Both the position numbers and the translations under genes were made by a program. A stretch of 64,000 nt of DNA, taken from positions 53,564 to 117,563 of the forward strand of contig JAGBCA010000058.1 in NCBI GenBank assembly GCA_017938205.1. Direction: 5' to 3'. Every line of letters starts with the position of its first letter. The stretch's first letter is position 1. This stretch comes from Clostridia bacterium (GTDB lineage Bacteria; Bacillota; Clostridia; Oscillospirales; CAG-272). Under the pieces are notes generated by a model, which saw only the letters and a program-made list of their open reading frames with translations, was not told the DNA's origin and made no database searches. This document shows positions 1 to 8,935 of this stretch, piece by piece.

Positions 1-2
1 CA

Positions 3-362
3 CGGGTGCTTGCGCAGGAGCAGGCATTTTCCATCGAAGGGAGCGAGCCCTGCCCCGTGGAAAGGATCGGTGAAACCTCCGCACAGCCGATCCGACAGAT
101 TCTGCCCGACGGTCGTATACTCCTCCTTCCCTCCGAGATCCGCTTTCGTGCAAAGGTCACCGTAGTGCTTTCGGGGCGCAGGACGGAGGACGGATTTCTC
201 GCCTTCGGCAACCGCCGCCTGCTTCCGGGCACGCACGTACAGCTTCTCGGAAAGCGAACGTCAAGCGAGGGACTTCTGCTCTCCATCTACCCGGCCGAAG
301 AAACGAAGCCCGCATCGGCCACTATATGCGGCGAAAGAAGAAATGCCGAAAATCCAATTTGA
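3..362 (+). CDS. hypothetical protein, C-terminal part (5' end lies upstream of the window)
   Basis: The frame is open from the window edge to TGA at 360-362. Codon usage resembles neighbouring genes. No motif recognised. Confidence 0.4.
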   Translation, partial: RVLAQEQAFSIEGSEPCPVERIGETSAQPIRQILPDGRILLLPSEIRFRAKVTVVLSGRRTEDGFLAFGNRRLLPGTHVQLLGKRTSSEGLLLSIYPAEETKPASATICGERRNAENPI

Positions 363-448
363 AAACCGTCTTTTATTGTCACTCTCACCAAAACAAACCA
401 AAAAAGCAGGCTTTATTAAAGTATTTTTCACAATCTTTAAAAAGAGTA

Positions 449-477
449 TTGATTTTTTGACTAAAATTTGATATACT
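449..477 (+). promoter_or_regulatory. sigma-70-type promoter of ptsH
   Basis: TTGATT (449-454), 17-nt spacer, TATACT (472-477). An AAGGAG RBS lies upstream of ATG 509. Confidence 0.55.
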
Positions 478-508
478 GTTTTTACTGAAAAATCAAGGAG
501 TCAATATC

Positions 509-772
509 ATGATATCTGCCAATCTCCAGATCAAGAACAGCGTTGGTCTCCATGCCAGACCCGCTACCTTTTTTATCCAGAAGGCCAATTCCTTCAAGAG
601 CTCTATCTGGGTGGAGAAGGAGAACTGCAGAGTGAACGCGAAGAGCCTGCTCGGCGTGCTTTCCCTGGGTATCACCAAGGGATCGACCATCACGCTGATC
701 GCCGACGGAGCTGACGAGGCTGCTGCGATCGATGGGCTGACCGCATTGGTTGAGAGCGGCTTTGACGACTAA
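509..772 (+). CDS. ptsH: phosphocarrier protein HPr
   Basis: 87 aa. Carries GLHARPA (His15 phosphorylation site) and NAKSLLGV (Ser46 regulatory site). Confidence 0.95.
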   Translation: MISANLQIKNSVGLHARPATFFIQKANSFKSSIWVEKENCRVNAKSLLGVLSLGITKGSTITLIADGADEAAAIDGLTALVESGFDD

Positions 773-822
773 GCACTCCGCACATGGGCGTTTCTCGCCC
801 CAATACCTTCATATTTCGAATT

Positions 823-925
823 GAGAGCCGACTCAGGCGTGCGATCTCGGATGGCAAGGATCACAAGGATCTGTGCCGCGAGTCTTTGTTTTCGCACGGA
901 ATGCTGAGTCGGCCCTCTTTTTTTA
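823..925 (+). terminator. long interrupted hairpin with U-tract downstream of ptsH
   Basis: gagagccgactcag (823-836) pairs with ctgagtcggccctc (904-917). An inner gtgcga/tcgcac pairing follows, then a T7 run (918-924). Confidence 0.6.
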
Positions 926-941
926 AGAAAGGAGGCGCGCT

Positions 942-2783
942 ATGCCGAAAATCGACAGACTTCGCGAAAAGGCACTCTCACTCCCGCAAACACCCGGCGT
1001 TTACATCATGAAGAATAAAGACGGCACGGTCATCTACGTTGGCAAAGCCAAGCGCCTCAAAAACCGCGTTGTCAGTTATTTTACGGACACCTACCACACG
1101 CCGAAAACCGAGCGCATGATCGCGCAGGTTGAGGATTTTGACACCATTCTCTGCCAGACGGAGATTGAGGCGCTGACGCTGGAAAACGTGCTGATCAAAA
1201 AGCACACACCGAAATACAATATCCGCTTAAAGGACGATAAGTCCTATCCTTACATCAAGGTGACGAAGGAGGATTATCCCCATCTTTTCGTCACGCGGAT
1301 GCGCGAGCGCGATAAGGCGCATTACTTCGGTCCTTATTCGGGCATCAGCGGTGCGTACGCCGCGCTGGAGACGGTGATGAGGATCTTTTCCCTCGCCTCC
1401 TGCAAGCGGCAGTTTCCGAGAGATATCGGAAAGGAGCGCCCCTGCATCTACAAGGAAATGGGGCGATGCGTTGCGCCCTGCACGGGGCAGGTGAGCGCCG
1501 AGGAATACGGGGCGCTCGTGCGCTCTGCGATGGAGGTTCTGGACGGCCGCGTGAGGGACACGCGTACGAGGCTGGAGGCAGAAATGCTCACCGCTGCGGA
1601 GGAGCTTCATTTTGAGGCGGCCGCCAAGCTCCGAGACAGCATCAAGGCCATCGATGCACTTTGCGAAAAGCAGAAGGTGGTTTCGGATGCATCGGTGCAC
1701 CGCGACGTTTTCTCGCTTTACACGGATGAGACCGAATGCGTGATGGCACTCCTCTCCGTGCGCGAGGGCTCTCTCGTGAACAAAAACGTCTTTCATCTTT
1801 CGGCAGAGGCGATCGCCGAGGAGGAGAGCATCATTTCTCTCGTTGCGGCATATTACGATACGGCAACGGCCATTCCAAAGCAGGTGCTCTTGGATTTTGA
1901 TATCGATAATGAAAACTTAACTTTACTTTCCGACTACTTGACCCTCTGCGCGGGGCACAAAATAGAGGTGCGCATTCCCGAGCGCGGAGACGGCCGCTCG
2001 CTTTGCAGGATGGCGGCGGAAAACGCCAAGGAGGCGGCAAGACAGCACCGCCTTGACAGTGAGCGAGAGGACAAAAATCTCTCGCGCTTTGCAAGCGTTC
2101 TCGGAATGCCGGAGCCGCCGCGCCGCATCGAGGCCTACGATATTTCCAACGTCGGAAACGAGAGCATCACGGCCTCCATGGTGGTTTGGGAAGCGGGAAA
2201 AATGAAAAAAAGCGATTATCGCTCCTTCCACATCCGCACTACACAAGGGGCGGATGACTACGGCTCCATGCGCGAATGCCTCACACGCCGCCTCTCGCAT
2301 ATCGGAGACGGCACCCCCTCCCTCTCCGAAGCACCCGATCTCATCCTGCTGGACGGCGGTGAGGCGCACGTGCACGTGGGAAAAGAGGTGCTTCGCTCAC
2401 TCGGGCTTGAAATTCCCGTGTTCGGCATGGTGAAAGACGATTTCCATAAAACGCGTGCGTTGACGGACGGAGAGCGCGAGCTTTCCATTGCCTTGGAGCA
2501 CGGCGTTTACAGCTTTATTTATAAGATCCAGGAGGAGGCGCATCGCTTCGCCGTTAAGGGAACGATGGCAAGCAAGACCAAAACGCTCACGCACTCCACG
2601 CTGGAAAAGATCGAGGGCATCGGCCCCGCAAAGGCAAAGCGCCTGCTTGCGGCCATGCCGCTTTCCGAGATCCGCGTGGCAAGCGAGGAAAAGCTCGCAT
2701 CCGTCAAGGGGATCACCAAGGAAAATGCGCGCGCGATCGCGGCGTACTATAAGACCAAGAAAACAGGAGACAAAACGAAATGA
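942..2783 (+). CDS. uvrC: excinuclease ABC subunit C
   Basis: 613 aa. N-terminal GIY-YIG region (GVYIMKNKDGTVIYVGKAKRLKNRVVSYF) and a C-terminal HhH region. AGGAGG RBS at 930-935. Confidence 0.95.
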   Translation: MPKIDRLREKALSLPQTPGVYIMKNKDGTVIYVGKAKRLKNRVVSYFTDTYHTPKTERMIAQVEDFDTILCQTEIEALTLENVLIKKHTPKYNIRLKDDKSYPYIKVTKEDYPHLFVTRMRERDKAHYFGPYSGISGAYAALETVMRIFSLASCKRQFPRDIGKERPCIYKEMGRCVAPCTGQVSAEEYGALVRSAMEVLDGRVRDTRTRLEAEMLTAAEELHFEAAAKLRDSIKAIDALCEKQKVVSDASVHRDVFSLYTDETECVMALLSVREGSLVNKNVFHLSAEAIAEEESIISLVAAYYDTATAIPKQVLLDFDIDNENLTLLSDYLTLCAGHKIEVRIPERGDGRSLCRMAAENAKEAARQHRLDSEREDKNLSRFASVLGMPEPPRRIEAYDISNVGNESITASMVVWEAGKMKKSDYRSFHIRTTQGADDYGSMRECLTRRLSHIGDGTPSLSEAPDLILLDGGEAHVHVGKEVLRSLGLEIPVFGMVKDDFHKTRALTDGERELSIALEHGVYSFIYKIQEEAHRFAVKGTMASKTKTLTHSTLEKIEGIGPAKAKRLLAAMPLSEIRVASEEKLASVKGITKENARAIAAYYKTKKTGDKTK

Positions 2784-3343
2784 TGCGTATCATCACCGGC
2801 TCTGCCAAGGGAAAGAAGCTCGCAACGCTGGAGGGAGAGGCCACGCGCCCAACCTCCGAGCGCATCAAGGAGGCGATCTTCTCCTCCCTGCAATTCGATA
2901 TAGAAAACCGCGCCGTGCTGGATCTTTTCGCAGGCTCAGGACAGATGGGACTTGAGGCACTCTCACGCGGTGCGGCAAGCGCTATGTTCATCGACAGCGC
3001 GACCGAGGCGATCGCGGTCTGCAAGGAAAACGCCAGGCGCACCGACCTTTTTGACAAGTGCCGCTTCCTCGTTTCGGATTACCGTAATTTCATCCGCAAG
3101 GCGGCGGGCGAGAGAAGGTTCGATCTCGTTTTTATCGATCCGCCCTATGCGATGGCCTGCTGCACCGAGGCGCTGCGCCGTTTGACCGAGGCAGACCTTC
3201 TTTTGAAGGGCGCGCTCGTGGTGCTGGAAAGCGGTGAGGAAACGATCGATGCCGAGGCGCTCAAGGGCTTTGAGGTACAGAAAAAAACGGCCTACGGCAA
3301 AAAGACCGCCGTTCATATCCTTCTCTACCGCGGGGAGGAATGA
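2780..3343 (+). CDS. rsmD: 16S rRNA (guanine966-N2)-methyltransferase RsmD
   Basis: 187 aa. DLFAGSG SAM-binding motif and IDPPY catalytic motif. ATGA overlap with the uvrC stop. Confidence 0.85.
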   Translation: MMRIITGSAKGKKLATLEGEATRPTSERIKEAIFSSLQFDIENRAVLDLFAGSGQMGLEALSRGAASAMFIDSATEAIAVCKENARRTDLFDKCRFLVSDYRNFIRKAAGERRFDLVFIDPPYAMACCTEALRRLTEADLLLKGALVVLESGEETIDAEALKGFEVQKKTAYGKKTAVHILLYRGEE

Positions 3344-3345
3344 GA

Positions 3346-3831
3346 ATGGAGAAAAAGAAGATCGCGGTGCTTCTCCCCGGCAGCTACGATCCGCCGACGA
3401 GAGGGCATCTTTCCCTGATCGAGCGTGCGGCAGAGGAATATGAAAGGGTATTTGCCGTTGCCTTCGTCAATCCGAAAAAGAATTACACCTTTACCCCCGA
3501 GGAGCGGGTGGAAATGCTCCGTCTTATGACCGAGCATCTGCCCTCTGTTACGGTGGGGTATGCCGAGGGGCTTGTGATCGACTATGCAAGGGCGCACGGG
3601 ATCTCCCTTCTGATCAAGGGCTACCGCAACGAAAACGATCTCGTTTATGAAAAAGAGCAAGCGGATTGGAATCTCGCCAACGGCGGTATTGAGACCCGTC
3701 TTCTCCCCGCTTTGGAGGGAGAGACGCTTATCAGCTCCACCGCGGCAAGAGAGGCCTTGAAAACGTGCGGCGCCGAGCCTTTGCTGTGCGAAAAGGTTCT
3801 GGATTTCATTAAAAAGCGCGAAAAAACTTGA
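3346..3831 (+). CDS. coaD: phosphopantetheine adenylyltransferase
   Basis: GSYDPPTRGH nucleotidyltransferase motif. ATG 3346 is preferred over 3340 because of spacing from the GGGAGG RBS (3333-3338). Confidence 0.9.
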   Translation: MEKKKIAVLLPGSYDPPTRGHLSLIERAAEEYERVFAVAFVNPKKNYTFTPEERVEMLRLMTEHLPSVTVGYAEGLVIDYARAHGISLLIKGYRNENDLVYEKEQADWNLANGGIETRLLPALEGETLISSTAAREALKTCGAEPLLCEKVLDFIKKREKT

Positions 3832-3856
3832 CAAATTCTCTTTTGTGTTATATAAT
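3828..3856 (+). promoter_or_regulatory. consensus sigma-70-type promoter of pheST
   Basis: TTGACA (3828-3833, overlapping the coaD stop), 17-nt spacer, TATAAT (3851-3856). Confidence 0.6.
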
Positions 3857-3900
3857 TATCATTTGTTAATATCTATTTATTTTAAGGACGGATTCCCAAA

Positions 3901-4923
3901 ATGAAGGAAAGAATCGAACAACTGAAAAACGAGTTCGCCACAGCCTTGGCAGCTGCAACCACCGAGGAGGCTTTGGAGGCTTTGCGTGTTGCGTACCTTG
4001 GAAAAAAGGGCGCGATCGCAGATCTGATGAAGAGCCTGCGTGACGTTGAGGACAAGAAGAGTGCCGGACAGTGGATCAACGATTTCAAAACGACCGTTGA
4101 AGCAGGGATCAATGCCGCAGCAGCCGATCTGAAGGAGGCTGCCATCAAGGCGCAGATCCGCAGCGCAAAGAAGCTCAATCCCACGCTGATCGCGGAGCGC
4201 GAGCTCGGCTCCTATCACCCCATCACCCTCTGCACCAAGGATCTCGAAGAGATCTTTATGGGCATGGGCTTTACCATTGAGGATTATTCCGAGATCGTTG
4301 GCGACTACGAGTGCTTTGAGGCTCTTAATATTCCCAAGCACCACCCCGCAAGAGATATGCAGGATACCTACTATCTCGACAACGGTCAGCTTCTTAAGAC
4401 CCATACATCCGCGGCACAGAATGCCATCATGAAGAAATACGGCGCTCCCCTGCGCGCGATCTTCCCCGGCCGTTGCTTCCGCAACGAGTCCACCGACGCC
4501 TGCCATGAGAACACCTTCTTCCAGATGGAGGGCATGATGATCGACGAGAACATCTCGATCTCCAACCTCATTTACTTTATGAAGACCATGCTCTCGCAGG
4601 TATTCAAGAGAGACGTGCAGGTGCGTCTGCGCCCCGGCTTCTTCCCCTTCGTGGAGCCCGGCTTTGAGCTTGACATCAACTGCCAGATCTGCGGCGGCGC
4701 GGGCTGCCCCTCCTGCAAGAACTCCGGCTGGCTGGAGCTTTGCCCCTGCGGCATGATCCACCCGAACGTTCTGCGTGACGGCGGTATCGACACCGAGAAG
4801 TATACCGGCTTTGCCTTCGGCCTTGGCCTTACGCGCCTTGCCATGATGCGCTACGGTGTGAAGGATATCCGTGATTTCAACAGCGGAAATCTTAAGGCTT
4901 TGTCGCAGTTTAAGTCTTTGTAA
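3901..4923 (+). CDS. pheS: phenylalanine--tRNA ligase alpha subunit
   Basis: 340 aa. Class II aaRS core (FRNE, GFAFGLGLTRLAM). Immediately followed by pheT. Confidence 0.95.
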   Translation: MKERIEQLKNEFATALAAATTEEALEALRVAYLGKKGAIADLMKSLRDVEDKKSAGQWINDFKTTVEAGINAAAADLKEAAIKAQIRSAKKLNPTLIAERELGSYHPITLCTKDLEEIFMGMGFTIEDYSEIVGDYECFEALNIPKHHPARDMQDTYYLDNGQLLKTHTSAAQNAIMKKYGAPLRAIFPGRCFRNESTDACHENTFFQMEGMMIDENISISNLIYFMKTMLSQVFKRDVQVRLRPGFFPFVEPGFELDINCQICGGAGCPSCKNSGWLELCPCGMIHPNVLRDGGIDTEKYTGFAFGLGLTRLAMMRYGVKDIRDFNSGNLKALSQFKSL

Positions 4924-4936
4924 GGAGGTAAAGCAA

Positions 4937-7312
4937 ATGTTTCTTTCTATGAACTGGATCGGAGATTTCGTTGATTTCTCCGGACTTGATAAAAAAGCGC
5001 TGATCAAAAACTTCACCCTTTCCACCGCCGAGGTGGAAGACATCATCGTTAAGGGTGAGGATACCTACGGCGTGATCGTTGCTAAGATCGAGAGCATCGA
5101 AAACCATCCGAACTCCAAGAAGCTCCATCTTCTCAAGGTGAACACGGGCAAGGACGTGATCGACGTGGTTTGCGGCGCGCCCAACGTGCGCGTTGGCATG
5201 AAGGTTGCGCTTGCCACCGTCGGCGGCTCCGTTTGCGGCCATCCGATCTCGGAGGCAACCATCGCGGGCTACCCCTCCTTCGGTATGTGCTGCTCGGAGG
5301 CAGAGCTTGGTATCAGCGATGATAACAGCGGCATCTGGGATATTACCGACGATATCGCGCTCGGCACGGATATCAAGTCCGTTTACCCCATCGATGATAT
5401 TATTTTCGAGGTAGACAATAAGTCCCTCACCAACCGCCCTGACCTCTGGAGCCACTACGGCATGGCAAGAGAATTTGCCACGCTGACCGGCAGAGAGCTG
5501 AAGAAGCCCGTGCTGCAGAGCACCGAGGGCTACAAGGATCTTCCTCCCGTGGACGTGAAGGTGAAGGACGGCGATCTTTGCCTGCGCTACACCGCCATTA
5601 AGGTAGAAAACGTGCAGAGAAAGATCAGCCCCGTGGATATGCGCATCCGCCTCTTCTACTGCGGCAGCCGCGCGATCAACTTCCTTGCCGATCTTACCAA
5701 CTACGTGATGCTTGAGCTTGGCCAGCCGATGCACGCCTTCGACTGCGCAAAGGTGAATAAGATCGAGGTTCAGACCTTCCCCGCGCCCTTTACCTTCCGT
5801 ACGCTGGACGGCACGGATCGCAATATGGACGACAAGATGCTCATGATCACGAGCGGGGACGAGCCTGTTGCCGTTGCCGGCATCATGGGCGGTGACGCCT
5901 CCAAGATCGAGGACGATACCAGCTCTCTGCTTCTGGAGAGCGCAACCTTCGACGGCGTAAGCATCCGTAAGACCAGCACGCGTCTTGGCCTGCGTACCGA
6001 TGCCTCGATGCGCTATGAGAAGATGCTTGATCCCGAGCTTTGCCCCCTGGCAACCGAGAGGCTTCTTGCGCTTCTTCTTTCCCTTGACGAGGGTGCGAGA
6101 GTGATCTCCTCCTTCACGGACTGCTACATGAAGCACTACCCCGAGATCACGCTTTCCTTCGACAAGAAGTATGTGGACAGATATACCGGCATTGATATTT
6201 CGATCGATGAGATCAAGACGACTCTGACCGCGCTTGGCTTCGGACTCACCGAGAAGGACGGCAATTTCACCGTTACCGTTCCCTCCTGGCGTGCCACCAA
6301 GGACGTAACGCTCAAGGCAGACATCATCGAGGAGATCACCCGTATTTACGGCTACGACAACTTTGAGGTGAAGCCCTCCACGAGCCCCCTGGCGCCGAAG
6401 CTTCCCGAAAAAGCAAAGAGCGAGGAGAACCGCATCAAGGATCTGCTCGTTAAGGGCTACCGTATGCACGAGGTCCACTCCTACATCTGGTCCGATCTTG
6501 CAAAGAATAAGGCCCTTGGCATTGAAACGCCCGTAAACGTTCGCATCATCAATGCGCAGACCCCCGACCATCAGTATCTGCGCGTTTCCATGATCCCCAC
6601 ACTTCTTTCCTTTGCGAAGGAAAACCGCGGCTACGGTGACAGCTTCTCCATCTTCGAGATCGGTCACACCGCCGAGGGACTTCGCGCAGACGGCTTGGTA
6701 AACGAGCAGAAGAAGCTCGGCGTTGTTCTCTTCAGCAAAAAGGACGGCGAGGAAGCCATCTTCCTGCGCGCACGCGATGCGATCGTAGAGCTTTGCGAGG
6801 ACATCCTGCATAAGAGCCCCGTATTCACCGCTAAGGAGCCTGTATACGGCTTCGAGCATCCGAGCAACTGCTTTGCCATCACCGTGGCAGGCGCAGAGAT
6901 CGGTTATCTCTCGGTTCCCTATCCCACCGTGAAGGAGGCCATCGACAAGAAGGCGGCCGTTGCTTTCTTCGAGATCAACACAAACCTCTTCTCTGCCGTA
7001 GCGGCAGACATTACGAAGTACGCCGAGCCCTCCCGCTTCCCCGCGATCGAAATGGATATGACCTTCGTTTGCGAGATCGGATGCGTGAACTTCGATACCC
7101 TGAAGACGGTCGCTAAGACTGCAGGCGGCGAGCTGCTCGCCTCCGTGAAGGTGCAGGACGTTTACGAGGGTGAGGAAGGAAAGAGCGCAACGCTGACTCT
7201 TCGCTTTGCCTTCTCCTCTCCCGAAAGAACGCTCACCAAGCAGGAGCTTGCTCCCGCAATGGAGGCGATCACGAAGGCATTTGAGCCCTTCGGTCTCAGC
7301 GCACAGATGTGA
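4937..7312 (+). CDS. pheT: phenylalanine--tRNA ligase beta subunit
   Basis: 791 aa from ATG 4937, preceded by GGAGG (4924-4928). The N-terminus MFLSMNWIGDF is typical of PheT. The ORF-track start at 4871 overlaps pheS and lacks an RBS. Confidence 0.95.
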   Translation: MFLSMNWIGDFVDFSGLDKKALIKNFTLSTAEVEDIIVKGEDTYGVIVAKIESIENHPNSKKLHLLKVNTGKDVIDVVCGAPNVRVGMKVALATVGGSVCGHPISEATIAGYPSFGMCCSEAELGISDDNSGIWDITDDIALGTDIKSVYPIDDIIFEVDNKSLTNRPDLWSHYGMAREFATLTGRELKKPVLQSTEGYKDLPPVDVKVKDGDLCLRYTAIKVENVQRKISPVDMRIRLFYCGSRAINFLADLTNYVMLELGQPMHAFDCAKVNKIEVQTFPAPFTFRTLDGTDRNMDDKMLMITSGDEPVAVAGIMGGDASKIEDDTSSLLLESATFDGVSIRKTSTRLGLRTDASMRYEKMLDPELCPLATERLLALLLSLDEGARVISSFTDCYMKHYPEITLSFDKKYVDRYTGIDISIDEIKTTLTALGFGLTEKDGNFTVTVPSWRATKDVTLKADIIEEITRIYGYDNFEVKPSTSPLAPKLPEKAKSEENRIKDLLVKGYRMHEVHSYIWSDLAKNKALGIETPVNVRIINAQTPDHQYLRVSMIPTLLSFAKENRGYGDSFSIFEIGHTAEGLRADGLVNEQKKLGVVLFSKKDGEEAIFLRARDAIVELCEDILHKSPVFTAKEPVYGFEHPSNCFAITVAGAEIGYLSVPYPTVKEAIDKKAAVAFFEINTNLFSAVAADITKYAEPSRFPAIEMDMTFVCEIGCVNFDTLKTVAKTAGGELLASVKVQDVYEGEEGKSATLTLRFAFSSPERTLTKQELAPAMEAITKAFEPFGLSAQM

Positions 7313-7332
7313 TCTTGCGCCGATGCGCAACA

Positions 7333-7368
7333 AAAAGGTGTATGATGCTTGTCGTACACCTTTTTCTT
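7333..7368 (+). terminator. rho-independent terminator after pheT
   Basis: aaggtgta (7335-7342) pairs with tacacctt (7355-7362), followed by a T-run. Confidence 0.75.
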
Positions 7369-7412
7369 CATTAACATCATAATATCATCGCTTTTCTTTC
7401 GAACAAGAAACA

Positions 7413-7421
7413 TGGTATAAT
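7413..7421 (+). promoter_or_regulatory. extended -10 element upstream of pyk
   Basis: TGGTATAAT (TGnTATAAT) lies 31 nt before ATG 7452. The -35 element is weak. Confidence 0.45.
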
Positions 7422-7451
7422 TCTAAAATCAGCACATATTGGAGATGTTTT

Positions 7452-8864
7452 ATGCGTAAAACAAAAATCGTATGCACACTCGGTCCCGCGACCGAAACGA
7501 AAGATATTCTGATCAGACTTTGCAAGGCCGGCATGAACGTAGCAAGACTGAATTTTTCTCACGGTACACATTCAGACCACCAGAAAAAGATCGACCTTGT
7601 CAAAGAGGTACGCGAGGAGCTTGCACTTCCCATTGCCATTCTTCTGGATACCAAGGGCCCCGAATATCGCATCAAGACCTTTGAAGGTGGGAAGATCCTT
7701 CTTTCGGACGGCGATCCCTTTATTTTTACCACGGAGGATATCGTTGGAGATCAGAAGAGGGTATCCGTTAGCTACACAAGACTCACGCAGGAGCTTGCGC
7801 CGGGAGATACGATCCTCTTAAACAACGGGCTTCTAAGCTTTTTGGTGGAACAAATTCAAGGCAGCGAGATCCACTGCCGCGTGGTTACGGGCGGCGAGCT
7901 TTCGGATCGCAAAAGCATGAGCTTCCCCGGGAAGGTCATGCAGCAGCCGTATCTTTCCGAGCAGGATAAAAAGGACATCAAATTCGGTGCGGAAAACGGC
8001 GTTGACTATATTGCATGCTCCTTCGTTTCCTGCAAGCAGGACCTCATCGACGTGCGAAACTATATGGCCGAGATCGGTGCCGAGGGAATCGAGCTGATCG
8101 CAAAAATTGAAAATCAATCCGGCGTAGACCACATTGAAGAGATCTGCCAATGCTGTGACGGCATTATGATCGCCAGGGGGGATATGGGCGTGGAGATCCC
8201 CTTTGAGCACCTCCCTGCCATTCAGAAAAAGCTGATCACCAAATGCCGTATGCTCGGCAAGCGCGTAATCACGGCAACCGAGATGCTGGAATCCATGATC
8301 AACAATTCCCGTCCCACGAGAGCCGAAATTTCAGACATTGCAAATGCCGTTTATGACGGAACGAGCGCCATCATGCTCTCAGGCGAAACGGCAGCAGGCA
8401 AATATCCCGTGCAGGCCGTACAGACAATGGCAAAGATCGCTGAAACAACGGAAGGAAACATCAATTATAAAAAGCGCTTCCACGAGGCAGATTTCCATAT
8501 CCGCAACATGACGGACGCGATCTCGCATTCCACCTGCGGTATGGCGATCGATATTGAGGCCAAGGCGATCGTTGCCTGCTCGCTTTCCGGCATGACGGCG
8601 CGCATGGTCTCGCGCTTCCGCTCTCCCGTTCCGATCATCGGACTGACGACCAACGAAACGACCTGGCGCAAGCTTTCGCTTTCCTGGGGTGTGATTCCCG
8701 CGATGTGCGAAACCTTCACCTCCACGGATGTGCTTTTTTACACCGCAAAAAAGATCGCATCCAAGGAATTGAAGCTTTCGGGAGGCGACCGCATCGTGAT
8801 CACCGGCGGCGACACCACGGGGCATTCCGGCAATACGAATCTAATCAAGATCGAGGAAATTTAA
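7452..8864 (+). CDS. pyk: pyruvate kinase
   Basis: 470 aa. MRKTKIVCTLGPA start, plus NFSHG and MIARGDMGVEIP motifs. Confidence 0.95.
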   Translation: MRKTKIVCTLGPATETKDILIRLCKAGMNVARLNFSHGTHSDHQKKIDLVKEVREELALPIAILLDTKGPEYRIKTFEGGKILLSDGDPFIFTTEDIVGDQKRVSVSYTRLTQELAPGDTILLNNGLLSFLVEQIQGSEIHCRVVTGGELSDRKSMSFPGKVMQQPYLSEQDKKDIKFGAENGVDYIACSFVSCKQDLIDVRNYMAEIGAEGIELIAKIENQSGVDHIEEICQCCDGIMIARGDMGVEIPFEHLPAIQKKLITKCRMLGKRVITATEMLESMINNSRPTRAEISDIANAVYDGTSAIMLSGETAAGKYPVQAVQTMAKIAETTEGNINYKKRFHEADFHIRNMTDAISHSTCGMAIDIEAKAIVACSLSGMTARMVSRFRSPVPIIGLTTNETTWRKLSLSWGVIPAMCETFTSTDVLFYTAKKIASKELKLSGGDRIVITGGDTTGHSGNTNLIKIEEI

Positions 8865-8877
8865 CTTCTTTTCCAAG

Positions 8878-8912
8878 CAAAAAAAGAGTGAGAAATTCTC
8901 ACTCTTTTTTGC
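8878..8912. terminator. bidirectional terminator between convergent pyk and the MATE gene
   Basis: agagtgaga (8885-8893) pairs with tctcactct (8897-8905). An A-run and a T-run flank the stem. Confidence 0.75.
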
Positions 8913-8935
8913 TTTTTGTAAACTATTGTTTTCTT

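Noticed and set aside
784-1011. A 75-aa ORF covering the ptsH terminator hairpin and the uvrC start.
   Set aside because: It overlaps the uvrC RBS and start in another frame, has no RBS, and its sequence is dictated by the hairpin.
4910-7333. 807-aa ORF on the minus strand, exactly antisense to pheT.
   Set aside because: The plus-strand frame encodes an unmistakable PheT. The antisense product is low-complexity (G/A/L/R/V-rich) with no RBS or motif. Long stop-free antisense frames are expected in GC-rich genes with strong codon bias.
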